A stretch of DNA of 64,000 nucleotides from Octopus sinensis (taxonomy: Eukaryota). Under the pieces are notes generated by a model. The model did no database searches, was not told the DNA's origin, and saw only the letters and a list, made by a program, of their open reading frames with translations. Below, piece by piece: positions 12,768 to 25,953 of the stretch. The stretch spans positions 134,602,001-134,666,000 of the forward strand of contig NC_043000.1 in the NCBI RefSeq assembly GCF_006345805.1, given 5' to 3'. The stretch's first letter is position 1. Each line of letters starts with the position of its first letter. The translations under genes and the position numbers were made by a program.

Positions 12768-13223
12768 ATATATGACAGTGGATATCTCACAACTGACCCA
12801 ATTCATACCCCAGAGCTTGTGTTTTTTCTACTAAATTTCACAGTTGCTGTCTGTTATGGCAGTAGAAAAATCATTTCATGAAAACCAATCAATATTTACA
12901 AAATTTAACATTTACTCTCCAACCTTGGGCTCCTTTCTTTATTATTTTTTTCATTTAATTGCAATTAATAAAATAATTTAATTTCAAAAATTGTTTTAAT
13001 ATTCACTACCGTAAATTATATAGATGGTGAAGAAAGCAGTTCAAACTGAAGGGAAAAATTAGAGGAATCTGAGGTCGCAAGGGGAAGAATGTGTACAGCC
13101 GCACAAACAATTATTTCATTAAAAGTGTTACATTGTACTTCATAGATTAGGTGTTCTCCGTTTCGTTGTAGTTGCTGCTTCTATTATAATTTCATTCACA
13201 TCTCATATGATATATATAATGAA

Positions 13224-14010
13224 CTAGCAGTATCGCCCGGCGTTGCTCGGATTTGTAAGGGAAATAACTATATAAGCATTTTTAGAGATGTAAAGTATAA
13301 TAGCCATCTCAATATGGCTAACCACAAAGGGGGGTGTTACTGTAGCTTTTTACGTTCTGAGATTTAATAATACATTTTTAGAGAGTTACTTCCCTTATAT
13401 ATGCCAAAAATGCATTAAAAATGGGAAAAATTGATGGTAATTTTTTTTTTTAAATCGTAGACTCATCGTAGACGCGCGCTAATACCCAGAAGGGCTCGAT
13501 ATGAATCACGATTATAAGATACCCGGTTTTGGTTAAACTGCACCGCAAAATGTGGGAGAAGTTAGCAATCTAAATCGTAGGAGACAGACAGCACACAACC
13601 TCACTTTTATATATAAAGACTAGCAGTATCGCCCGGCGTTGCTTGGGTTTGTAAGGGAAATAACTATAAAGCATTTTTAGAGAGTTATAGCCAAAAAATA
13701 GCAAAAAATGCATTAAAAATGGAAAAAAAATTATGGTAAATTTTTTTTTAAATCGTTGACTCATCGTAGACATTTTAGAGAGTTACTTCCCTTATATTAA
13801 AAAAATATGCATTAAAATGGAAAAAATTATGGTAAATTATTTTTAAAATCGTAGACTCATCATAGACGCGCGCTAATACCCAGAAGGGCTTGATATGAAT
13901 CACGACTATAAGATACCCGGTTTTGGTTAAACTGCACCGCAAAATGTGAGAGTAGTTAGGAATCTAAATCGGAGTAGATAGACACACAACCTTTCTTTTA
14001 TATATAAAGA
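13224..14010 (-). mobile_element. Two head-to-tail non-autonomous Helitrons (13224-13619, 13620-14010)
   Basis: On minus strand each runs TC...C/TCGAGCAACGCCGGG-type hairpin...CTAG; pair sits in an A|T site; direct CTAG|TC junction. Confidence 0.8.
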
Positions 14011-14405
14011 TATAAAGATATAAATCGACAATAGTTCTTACGTACTTTACCGACACGGAAATGAAGAAAGATGAAGTAGAGTTCAAAAAGATCTGAACTC
14101 AGAACATAAAGGACTGTAACTAAATACTGTTCTCACGATTATTCCGAAGGGAACTATGTTGATTGAGACTTGATTATCTACTATAATAATGCTCTTGTGT
14201 TTTTCTCCGTCACAACATATGAATGAGAAAGGAAGGGGTAATAGATGAATAAGGAAGGAAGGGTGATAGCAAACTGGTAGTGGGATAATGGAAATTCTAC
14301 GGTGAAAAAAACATCAAACAGCATTTCAACTGTGAGTAAAAAGGAGGTATGTGAATGCTTGTGTTTGCGTGTGTGAGTACGCGAATGTTTGTGTTTGTGT
14401 GTGTG

Positions 14406-14709
14406 AGGTTTTAGGGTTAGGGTTAAGGTTTTAGGGTTGGGTTTGGGTTTTAGGGTTAGAGTTACGGAAAAAAATGAAAAATTAAGAAATTGGAGGGGTT
14501 GGGGTAGGGGCAAAATGTTTTCCGAAAATAGCTGAAAAACAGGAATAATCATTCGTACATTTCTACTGCTTTTAGGGGTTTTTTTCCTGTTTTTCAGCTA
14601 TTTTCGGAAATAGTTTTTTGCTCCCCTACATTTCTTCATTTTTTTTCCCGTAACTCTAACCCTAAAACCCCAACCCTAACCCTAACCCTAAAGCCCTAAC
14701 CCTAAAATC
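14406..14709. repeat. Fold-back element with TTAGGG-like arrays at both ends
   Basis: Left arm TTAGGG-like, right arm CCCTAA-like; inner arms share ttccgaaaatagctgaaaaacaggaa exactly. Confidence 0.75.
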
Positions 14710-15004
14710 TTAAAGCTAAAACCAGTACAAACACACGAACGATGTCATAAATAACAGTGACAAACGAAATATACACCACCGACAAACAACGGCAGTAAAT
14801 GTATCCAGTTGAATACACGTCATTGATAGGTTGAAATTACCGAAATACGACAACTTTAACACGAAATAACTTCGTAAGTATAAACTTTTCTCAAAAAGGC
14901 TAAGAGTAAAATATATTTTAAGACACATTCTACTAGTGTCCGAAGTTTGAAAGTGTTTTGTTACAAAAAAATTTCTCAATCTGCTGTTCAAAGGGAAAAG
15001 ATCC
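14710..15004. mobile_element. Partial Merlin-like MITE (right half)
   Basis: acacattctactagtgtccgaagttt and ...GGAAAAGATCC end. Confidence 0.55.
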
Positions 15005-17011
15005 TTTTTAGCAAATTGATAAAATGATTTACCGACATAAACCGAAATATAACCACCTAACGGTAAACCTCTGTCTTCGTTGCATTTTAATCTAATGAAT
15101 AAAGCCATTTATTTATCGAGTGTGAAAGTAAAAAAAATCACTTAAGTAGACCATAAATATTCGTTATGAGCCTACGAAACTTTACATATCAAGATTGGCA
15201 CTTCTTCCTTGTTGCCCTTAGTAACTTCAGAACACTTTATGTTATTAAAAATATAACATTTTTATTTCAATGATATTAATTTATGCGAACATTTTCACGT
15301 TCTTTTTTATACAAATTTTTTAAGCACTTATTTCAACGTTGTCTTTCAAACTGTTAGAATAATAGTCAAGTTTCTCTCAAGTTAAAAAGCCTAACGTCTT
15401 ATATATATGTATATATATAAAAAAGACACATTAAATAATATATTCTCAGATACCCCTTAAAAACGACATAAGTAACAACAGCTTTTAATCATAGATTTTT
15501 GATCATGCTTTTGATCATAGATTTGCTCGATCAAAGTTGACTTGGGACTTCACAACAATAAGATGACAATTCAAATGGATAAGTTATCAAATGCTCGTAA
15601 AAGATAAAAGACATCAAAGAACGAATGTACGTTCTGTGGGGATGGTATTGAAACTATGCATTTAATTTAATATATATAATCGATAAAACGATACAAAATG
15701 AAAGGCATTTTGAATATATAGAAAGTTTTAATGAGATACAAAATGCAAATATGACCTGGGGCTAAGTAACAATATATGCACCCACTCGCACACATGCATG
15801 CACACGCGTACACGTAGACACACACTTTTAAGAAAACACCGAATGACACGAGAAAACAAGGAAAAACAATGAAAATAAATGAATATGTGCTGAAACTGAA
15901 ATTAGAAGATTATTGAGAAAGGAGACGGTTGTTATATTCAACAGTAACCGAGTTCTCAGACAGGATATAAACAGGAGAAAAATGGCAAAGATTTTATTCT
16001 GCAAAATGTACTTTTCACCTGATCTCCTTCCACAATAATTTCATTGTAATAAAGTGCATATATATGTATTTCAAGTAGGTTCCATGTGTTTAAGAATTTC
16101 TTACATAGTTCCACCAATTCTGTGCCAACCAAAATTAGTTTCCTCTTGCAACATAACTGTGAAAACTAAATATGGCATTGTTGGCTAAAAATAGTGTCTT
16201 ACCTCTTATCTACACAGTGATGTAGGTTCGATTCCTAGAAGAGATGATCTGCCCATGATGATAGCTTGTTAACAGAGCCGAGCGGATAAAAGGGAAGATT
16301 ATGTAATTATTGTTTAGTCCCAGACCACCCATAATTAAACAGATCTATAATTAAAAGCATTCTAACCATTACTATTCTGTTTGTTTTTTTTTTACATTTC
16401 CCCACCAACAACTACATTATCTAATGTAGGGTGTTACTTAAGCGGTTGTTATTTCCGCCAGATCGAGGGACCAAGTAGTGACTCACTAGCAGGTTACAGA
16501 CGATGAGGTTGTTACTGTTAACTCCAGGTCGGCTCGGATCAAACGTATCATTAATCAAAAACCAGTCTAGCCGTCAGTATCTCATTTTTTGCATACACAC
16601 TCGAATTAGGATTATATTATCCAATTTGTTTTGCTTATAAGGATCTGTGGAAGATTTGATGGCCGCTATTTCTAGCATCTCAACAAAATGCTAGAAATAG
16701 CATCTAGGTGACTCAAGCACCCGACTAGTTTGGAAACTGTTTAACGATACCCAACTATTTGATTCACCGTTCAGGATGGATGACGTCATATATTTTACGT
16801 ACATTGAAACCTCAAGCGTTGGCATTATGATGCAACACTATACAAGCAAAAGATTATGACGTAATGCTAGAAACAGTTTTATGGACGGTACAGCTCATCA
16901 TATTCTCCAAAGTAGTAAAAGAAATTGATATTCATTCTTCTCCACTCAAGCTTTACACACACACACATGTATATATGTGTGTATGTATTATGTATATATA
17001 CATACATGCAT

Positions 17012-17091
<80 letters not shown>

Positions 17092-17124
17092 ACAAACTCG
17101 CGCACACACATATGGGTATCTGCA

Positions 17125-17156
<32 letters not shown>

Positions 17157-17175
17157 CCACACGCGCGCACACACA

Positions 17176-17254
17176 GGATCTTTTCCTTTTGATGGACGGA
17201 ATTCAACACAATTTCTAGTTAACTAAACAATTTGAAACTTCGTATACTGGTAGA

Positions 17255-17295
<41 letters not shown>

Positions 17296-17543
17296 CGGCG
17301 TGCGTCTCCTCGTTTGTTTATCAATATCGATAACGCAGCAAATGATTTCAGCTCAAATGCCGGCAATTCATTGGTTAAAATTCGAAGAAATAAACTACAT
17401 TAAACTTACAAATTACAATTTTCTCAAAAAAGCCAAGTGAAAATAATGTTTTCTTTTGACACATTCTACCAATATACGAAGTTTCAAATTGTTTAGTTAA
17501 CTAGAAATTGTGTTGAATTCCGTCCATCAAAAGGAAAAGATCA
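17176..17543. mobile_element. Merlin-like MITE with about 83-bp TIRs
   Basis: GGATCTTTTCCTTTTGATGGACGG... arms differ at about 1-2 nt; flanked by (CA)n consistent with an 8-bp TSD. Confidence 0.7.
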
Positions 17544-17733
17544 CACACACCACACACACTTATTGATAGGTTTCGGCTAGTATTGGCCCAGACAGACCAT
17601 GTCTAACTTATAGCACCACCTGGCGAAGTCATTCAAATCAGGAATTCGACATGGCCCACTCGAATAGAAAGTTAATGTTTACGGGGACATATCCGGGCGT
17701 AGGAGGTTTATCGGGGATTTCTTGAAGGAATTT

Positions 17734-18110
17734 GGTATCTTTTTCACTTTGACCGGCAGATTTTTAAAATAATTTCTTTGTAACCAAACACTTTTAAACT
17801 TCGCATACTGGTAGAGTGTTACATAAAACATCTTTTTCTCTTGGCTTTCTTGAGAAAATTCTGTAGTTTGTAAGCTATTTGTTGTTTAATTTCTTGCTTT
17901 CGGCAATTTCAACTAATCAATGACGTCTATTGAGGTGAATACAATATCTGCCGTATTTTATCAGCAACATTTTCTGGCGATGTCATATGAATTTGTCACT
18001 GTTATTTATGAGAAAAATATACCCTGCGGCCATAAACTGAGGGGTCACTCGTAAACAGAGCTGGATAACAAAGCCGTTCCCTCTTTAGCGCCCACCCATA
18101 ATTATGACCC
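17734..18110. mobile_element. Partial Merlin-like MITE, opposite orientation to 3207-3612
   Basis: Collinear reverse-complement similarity to 3207-3612. Confidence 0.55.
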
Positions 18111-18190
18111 TGTTACATACATACATACATACATACATATATGGTAAATGAAAGACGGAAGATAGAATATACGAGAATTTTTATTATTAG

Positions 18191-18291
18191 TCACAAGTGT
18201 TTCGACACGTCTACCATCGATCCTTCATGGTTGGGACACTTACCAAGTGGTTCAGGAGCATCCGGCGGTGCAGATGTGTCTCATCGGGTGA
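18191..18291 (-). ncRNA. Hammerhead ribozyme-like motif, CCGAUGA core, long stem II loop
   Basis: Minus strand: tcac CCGATGA gacac-[67 nt]-gtgtc GAAA cac TT gtga; AATAAA follows. Confidence 0.55.
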
Positions 18292-19199
18292 TAAAGAGAT
18301 ACAACTCGTTAAAATAAGTTCCGCAATGTATCTTCTCATTTCGAAGAAAGAAAAGCAGCAAAACGAAGCAAATTCTTCATTTATATAGATCAAAAATAAA
18401 ATCACATATATACACTTTCGGCAGCCTCTAATTAGCACGTGTTTTTTGTAAGCTCTCAGAAAATCGCCAAGAAATTTCTAAAAAGCTGCGATTTCTGTCG
18501 CAGAAAACGAAAAAGAAAAAAACCCTTAAAAACCTCTGAATGTTTTCCCGAGTGATAAAGAATACATTTGAAGAAATATAAATTGAATATATTAAACAAG
18601 AAGAATCGTTTACGAATGTACGAAGTGTAAACATTCTATCGTAAATTGGGCATTGCAAATAACAACACGTCGATTTTACGAAATTTCTAAAATAACCGTT
18701 TTTCGATCGAAAAAATCACAATCTGAATAACTCCTGAGAGAAACACAACACAACACATTTAAAGAAATACCAAATGTAATATATAGAAGAGAGAGGGGGG
18801 GGGGAAGCCCTTATGAATACACGAAACGTAAACAGGGTATCGTATTAAGCAGCATGTGGTATTACAATAATTTGAAAAGAAGTTCCAAATCTTCCACTAC
18901 CTTGGAAATACCCGTCTCTTAGGAAAAACTGGATAAATATCTTTGTGCATTTTCTGTCACTTATTGAAAGCTATTGTTAGATGAAAGTAGAAAGTTAAAT
19001 TTACATACGGTCTTTTCTCTGTGTTTTGCCTTTGACTTACGAGATTATTGATTATTGTAGATAGGTTCAAATTTCGTTATTCCTAATTTAACAGCAGCAT
19101 TTCTGTAGGTACAGATAGGCATATATTTATTTCTTTATTTCATTATTTACATTCCCTATCCAAGTCGATTCTTTTCAAGAGTTTGCAAACCAGACGGCC

Positions 19200-19790
<591 letters not shown>

Positions 19791-19799
19791 ATCACACTG

Positions 19800-20660
19800 T
19801 TAGAAAAATCTGTAAAAAAATGTTCAGAAATTGGAGGAGCATGGAACTGGCATTATTTTTCAGAGCCTGGTATTGTTTTGAAGATGACCCAAACAATATC
19901 ATCACAGCTGTGCTGAAGAGCAATGGCCAGTCAAGAACTTTAGCACGGATAGAGCGAAAGAAGCAGGAGTCTATACGCTCCCACACTCTCATAAGATCCC
20001 ACATCAGCACTCTTGATATCATCTTTCATAATGAATTGAGCAAAGATGACAAGGATGGCGGCATGGATGTAGGTGAAAGATGTTCCTCATTCATGTGTGC
20101 CGTCTCTTTTTATCCTTTCTGTTGTATGGGCAATCAGACTTGCTTCTTTCTTCGACTGTTTCATCCTTTGTTTTTGTTCGTTTTGGTTGTTCCTTCTTGG
20201 CTTTTTCACCTCCTCAGTTTTTCCTCTTGATGGTGGTAAGGACACTTGAACTTATGTTTTCTTTCCTGCCAGGTTTCTCGCTTATACCTTCTTTGTTTCC
20301 TTGAGTGTCTACAAACCCTTGATATAACCCTTGATTCAATAGCACTATGTACAAACTTTATACTTGCAATGACTAATTTTAGATACTACTGGATTTTACT
20401 CACAAGGTATTGGAATCTTATATGTATACCATTCGGCCTAAATAATGGATCTACAAATGCAATATCCCTGCATATCTCACATCTATTTTCATTTCTCCAC
20501 TTCACTCTCTACTTCGTATCTTATCTAAATTAATTATTGCTTAACCATTTTCTCACACCGTCTCCGATGAAGGGATATAATAAATATCCTGGAAACAGTT
20601 GTAAGACCTATTTATAAATGTTCTAAAATCTTCACAGCGTTGGGTCTTTTTTATCTCATT
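19800..20660 (+). mobile_element. Probable Penelope-like element 3' relic
   Basis: Ends in a hammerhead motif; upstream frame reads YW...IPFGLN, reminiscent of the GIY-YIG C-terminus (weak); boundaries approximate. Confidence 0.4.
20560..20607 (+). ncRNA. Hammerhead ribozyme-like motif, CCGAUGA core
   Basis: gtct CCGATGA agggata-taataaa-tatcctg GAAA cagttg TA agac. Confidence 0.6.
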
Positions 20661-20684
20661 CTGAAAAAAAAAATTATATATACA

Positions 20685-20820
20685 CACGCTATGACCTACG
20701 TGGGACTCCTTATTCACATAATCACCGAACCTGGAGCTGAACTATAGTCTATCCATAGCACTTACTCAGTATTACCTGACACCTTTGAGTCTTACTGACG
20801 CCATAACTTCTCATAGCGTG
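20685..20820. mobile_element. Small MITE-like element with CACGCTATGA TIR in TA context
   Basis: 10-bp TIR 20685-20694 and 20811-20820. Confidence 0.45.
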
Positions 20821-20856
20821 TATATATATATATTATATATTATATATATATATATA

Positions 20857-21048
20857 CTTTATTTAAGGCAGCAGAAAATTCAACAAAACCTGTTACTCTG
20901 AGTTTCACGTTGCCGTTCATCGGTCAGTTTTGCTAGAGTAACAGGTTTTGTTGAATTTTCTGCTGCTTTAAATAAAGCATATTACTCTACCACTAGTATT
21001 TGAGTACTCTTTTTTCCACCTTGTTTCACATTTATGTGTTTACTCGGG
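20857..21048. mobile_element. Short Penelope-type inverted-pLTR element in (TA)n
   Basis: 43-bp inverted repeat (1 mismatch) 20857-20977, AATAAA and T/G-rich tail, (TA)n on both sides. Confidence 0.6.
20890..20927 (-). ncRNA. Hammerhead ribozyme-like motif, CCGAUGA core
   Basis: Minus strand: ctga CCGATGA acg-gcaa-cgt GAAA ctc-a-gag TA acag; GNRA loop on stem II. Confidence 0.65.
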
Positions 21049-21408
21049 TATATATATATATAATATATATATATATACACACACATGAGATATGCAGTGT
21101 TGAAGTTTTGTAGTACATTTATTCCAAGAACACATACTTAAATTTTATGTATCTTCCATGAAAAGTGGATATATTTGCACTTTCAAAGGGGCCTCTGTCC
21201 CGTGTTATAAACCCCATTTGGGGATTAAATAATATTGTAAGGTGGTGAAATTCTGGAAATCGTCTTTATTTAGTACCTAGTAGTTATGTTGATATTTTCA
21301 TTGAAATCGGAGGTATTTGAAATTTCACAGGGGTGTTTACCCTCCCCTTTAAGCCCCCTAATCGTAATGGAAAGTAAATTTTATGTAGCTCATCGTCTTT
21401 CTCGTCAA

Positions 21409-21728
<320 letters not shown>

Positions 21729-21844
21729 GATAATATATAATATATAATACATACACACACACACATAGACTTATATATATCGTTTGTAAAAAATATAAAT
21801 CCGAAAGAAGAAGCACTCTCTAAAAGTGGAGCAGTATATATTAA

Positions 21845-22069
21845 AAATGGGGAAGGCCGGTTTATGGGATTACCTTAGGTTTCTCGTCCATAAAGTGTTT
21901 AGCATTATGGCGTATCGTCAGATCCCTAAAACTTGTTGGTTCATGACCTCTTAAAATTCTTAAGAGTTTATGGGTCAACAGGTTTCTGGGATATGGCGAT
22001 ACGCCATGAAACTAAACCTGTTATGGACGGGAAACCTAAGGTAATCCCATAAAGCGGCCTTCCCCATTT
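21845..22069. mobile_element. MITE with TTAA TSD and AA termini (Kolobok-like)
   Basis: TTAA|AAATGGGGAAGGCCG...CGGCCTTCCCCATTT|TTAA; long imperfect arms. Confidence 0.6.
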
Positions 22070-24115
22070 TTAATATATATATATGTAATTCCGAATATAA
22101 GAAAAAACAAGCCTTGATCACAGCATACGTATACACATCCGAATACACTTCTGAAAATCTACTCACCCCCATCACTACACAGATACCCCTCGGTTTACAT
22201 CTACGTTTATTTTAGCAATAGTTTTTGTAGTGTTCATTGATTTTCGTCTAGATCTATCGATTAGGAATTACTAAGTTCCCAAAGAAACTACTTTGGCAAA
22301 TGTTATACTTATGTGTTACGTAATAAAATGGCCGATCTGCATAAACTTAGATTTCTTTAATCCGTTCATTTCTGATGACAGGCTTTTGTGTCTGAACTGT
22401 ATAAAGGCTTCTCAACTTTCCCTTTACGCACTAAAAGAAGCCCTCTGCCTTTATTATTTCTCAATGTAAATTAAATCTGATTTAGCTGATCACGGAATAG
22501 CGCTATTTTTTTTTTTTTATCGATAAAAGAAATTCTCATGGAGCAGATAGTTATTTATGAGTCAGAGAGGGATGCTTCATAATAGCCAATGGTAAGTATT
22601 AATTCACTGTTGTGAACACTGGCTACAAGATAAGGTATTCCAAAGTCAATTCAGTTTCCCTACAAATTAAGCTTTACATCAAGACAAATAGATTTAGATA
22701 TGTGGACTGAAAGATAAAGCAACATAGATAATAAAAAAAAAATTTTCAAGACGTTGTCTGTCTGTGTGTCTGTCAAGCTATTGTGTGTGTGTGTAGCTTC
22801 AAAGGATATTATTATTAATACTGTTATAATTATCTCCTCGTCACTATTTCCGGTCCATATTAGCACAGAAAATATACTCGAGATGTGCATTTAAGGATTT
22901 GGTTCCCTCACCATCTATGCTGATGGAAGTTGCCACTTAGAAGCAAAGTTCGTGTCTGTAGTTATAAGTCCGCTCTATTTTTAAGTCTTGAAGGAACTAA
23001 CTGAAAAATAAAAAGACCCACGCATAGAGTTAGAAAATGTACCAAACATATAAATAAATAATAGCAGGAACCTCTCTCTTTCTCTTTCCGCCTACCCCTA
23101 AATTTCATTAAGAGATACTTGAAGACGTTTAGTCATTGAAACAAAAGTTAGAAATTGGATACAGATAGCAAATTTCATTGAAGAATAGAAGCCAGTCCAA
23201 GAGCTAATTAAAGGAAATAGTTACCATGTAAAAGAGTTTTCCCCTTTTCCTTTATAAACCATGGTAAAGAAAGTCTTTTGCAAGATTCATAAGAGGAAAA
23301 ATATTGATTTTAGTAAATTAAAATCCAGTTTATCCAGAATATAAAATGTGGTTAGTTAAAATGTTCTCTGGTATATTATTTGTACAGGTACGCCATCGAC
23401 TTTCCAGAACCTTTGGTTCCAAAGCCTTCTTGTATATTTTTCCGAACCGGTAGTGGTCACCTTGGTCAACACATTCTAAATTAAACAAATATCAAATTTA
23501 CTTTAATAAATGAAATACAGTTCCCTATACAGTAGTATAAACGATACGGGCTTATTAATACTGTACTGTGCAAGGTACCAATATACTAGGCTGGAGGAAT
23601 TTGAAGTTCCTGTTCGTAAATTCGTGCGAATTTTATAAGATGAGTCGGATTATCAGTGTCCGGAAAGTCGGTATTGTATCTGTACTTAATATTTATTAAC
23701 TTCAAAAGAAAGCGATGGCGAAATATTAATCAACTTTTCAAAAACGATTGTTTTTGATGTTTGGAGCAAAATTTTTTTTTCAAGCAAGTGGACGTTCATT
23801 AATACTTTGATTGAAGAAACTATAACATCATGGCCTAGGACAAAAGGTTAGCGTTTAACATTTTAAGATATAGATTTTGGATTGACGTTTATAAAAAGAA
23901 AAAAAATACCCTAAGCCCTTTCAACCTTGTTCACAGTTCGACCTTTATCGCAGAAACCACCAAACAAAGAGGGAGAGCGGGGGTGGAAGAGGGAGAGAGT
24001 GTCGAGCTAATTAGCGAAAACTTAATGGGAAATTAGGTACGTCTTTGCTACTGTAAGCTAGTTCAAAGTTCAGTTACACACACATATGTGTATGTATGTG
24101 TATATATAAGTGTAT

Positions 24116-24166
<51 letters not shown>

Positions 24167-24206
24167 GAGAAAAAAACACCTTTTATCAATTCAATGTTCC
24201 CTCATA

Positions 24207-24698
24207 TCTATATATATAAAACTGTAGTTGTGTGAGTGTCTGTCCCCTCGATTTAGATTCCTAACTACTCCCACTTTTGCGCGTGCAGTTTAACCAAAAC
24301 CGGGTATCTTATAGTCGTGATTCATATCGAGCCCGTCTGAGTATGCGCGCGTCTACGATGAGTCTACGATTTTAAAAATAATTAACATCATTTTTATTCC
24401 ATTTTAATGCATAATTTTTCGTGTGTCGATGGCGGCGAGTTGGCGTCCATGGTCACACCTGCACCTGTTTGCTTCTCCCCCTTCTTCCCTCCCTCGTGAA
24501 GCTGTGGGGAACGGAGTGTAAGGAAAGCGGTTGTCAAGGAGACCAGCGTTCTTTTAGAACAACGATTCATGGCTGAAGACACCAAAACACGAAATGGCTA
24601 AGAAAGCCCGAATTGGCATCTATAAGGGAAGTAACTCTCTAAAAATGCTTATTAGTTATTTCCCTTACAAACCCGAGCAACGCCGGGCGATATGCTAG
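24207..24698 (+). mobile_element. Non-autonomous Helitron, same family as 13224-14010, with about 195 bp extra interior
   Basis: A|TC start, CCCGAGCAACGCCGGG hairpin, CTAG|T end. Confidence 0.8.
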
Positions 24699-25566
24699 TT
24701 ATATATATATATATATATATATATACGCACTCACACACACATATATACATACATGTATATATATGTATTTGCCCACGTCAACATATACACACGAATGTGT
24801 GTACGTGTTGACGTGGGCAAATCATATTTCATGATTGTACACCCGGATTCACATTTTGTTTTAGCAAGGTCCAGCGCATACAGATTTCGTATAAACTTCC
24901 TTTATATATTAGCGGAATGTTTTTTCCCCTCTTTTGTTTTATGTGAACTTACGTAATCATTGATTCCCACCAATGTATTTGGCTTAAATGAAACACATCA
25001 AGTAGAGAAGAAATTCAAAAGGTGTGTGTGTGTCGCTGCATATGCGTTCTCTGTACGCACGCACACTTATCCTAACACTCTTGTTACATGTTTTTCGGTT
25101 GTTGACGTCAAAAGCTGTCTGCAAATATTACATTCAGAAAGCGAAATGGATTTTTCCTTTCCTTTTCTTTTTTTTTTTTCTGTTTTTTTCAGACATAAAA
25201 TCAATTACGTAACATACACGCATATAAATCTACAAATTGTTTCAATCACTTCAGCAAATATTAGAATTTACGGCGGAATCTTCTTAAAGAAATGCTTAAA
25301 CGTATACTAAAGAAAAAGAGAGAAAAGCGGAAGAAATACTGAGAGATGAGAGCTTGGAAAGGGTGGAGCAATTTTTAAAATAAAAACAGCTAAACTCCAA
25401 GACAAAGGCCGAGGCCAAACGTATAATGTATAGGATGGGGGGGGATTAAATTGTTAAAGAATTTATGAAACTGCAGATAAAATTCAAGAGCTCGTTGTTA
25501 AATATTTTAAGTAGTGATAAGTTTTAAAGTGTAAGGCTATACAAGCTTATTTGAGGAATCACTTTA

Positions 25567-25616
25567 TGTATGTATGTATGTATGTATGTATGTACGTATG
25601 TACGTATGTATGTATG

Positions 25617-25648
<32 letters not shown>

Positions 25649-25690
25649 TGTATGTATGTATGTATGTATGCATGTATGTATGTATGTGTG
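25567..25690. repeat. (TATG)n microsatellite
   Basis: Direct reading. Confidence 0.95.
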
Positions 25691-25953
25691 CTTATATGTA
25701 TATATACTTACACGCACAAATACGCGTATACTTGTGTGTGCATGTATCCATTTTATAAATTTATATACACAAACGCGTAGACACTAACGCTATCTTAAAG
25801 ATGTCATGTTAGCACATATATGCTGCAAAAGTTGGTGCACAGATGATACTGAGTTTATATATCAATTTTTCTGTACATTAAGATGTGCATATTTATGTGC
25901 TTTAAAGTGTGTGTCTGTAGTGTGTGCATGTATTTTTTAGCGGTACTACTTAA

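Noticed and set aside
16665-16701. Perfect 14-bp hairpin
   Set aside because: Inversion of a SINE tail motif also seen near 4460 and 10720; no further signal
22372-22400. CTGATGA followed by a small stem
   Set aside because: No GAAA after the stem and no stem I; also too short for a C/D snoRNA
23635-23680. GATGA-stem-GAAA
   Set aside because: Core reads AAGATGA; stems I and III absent
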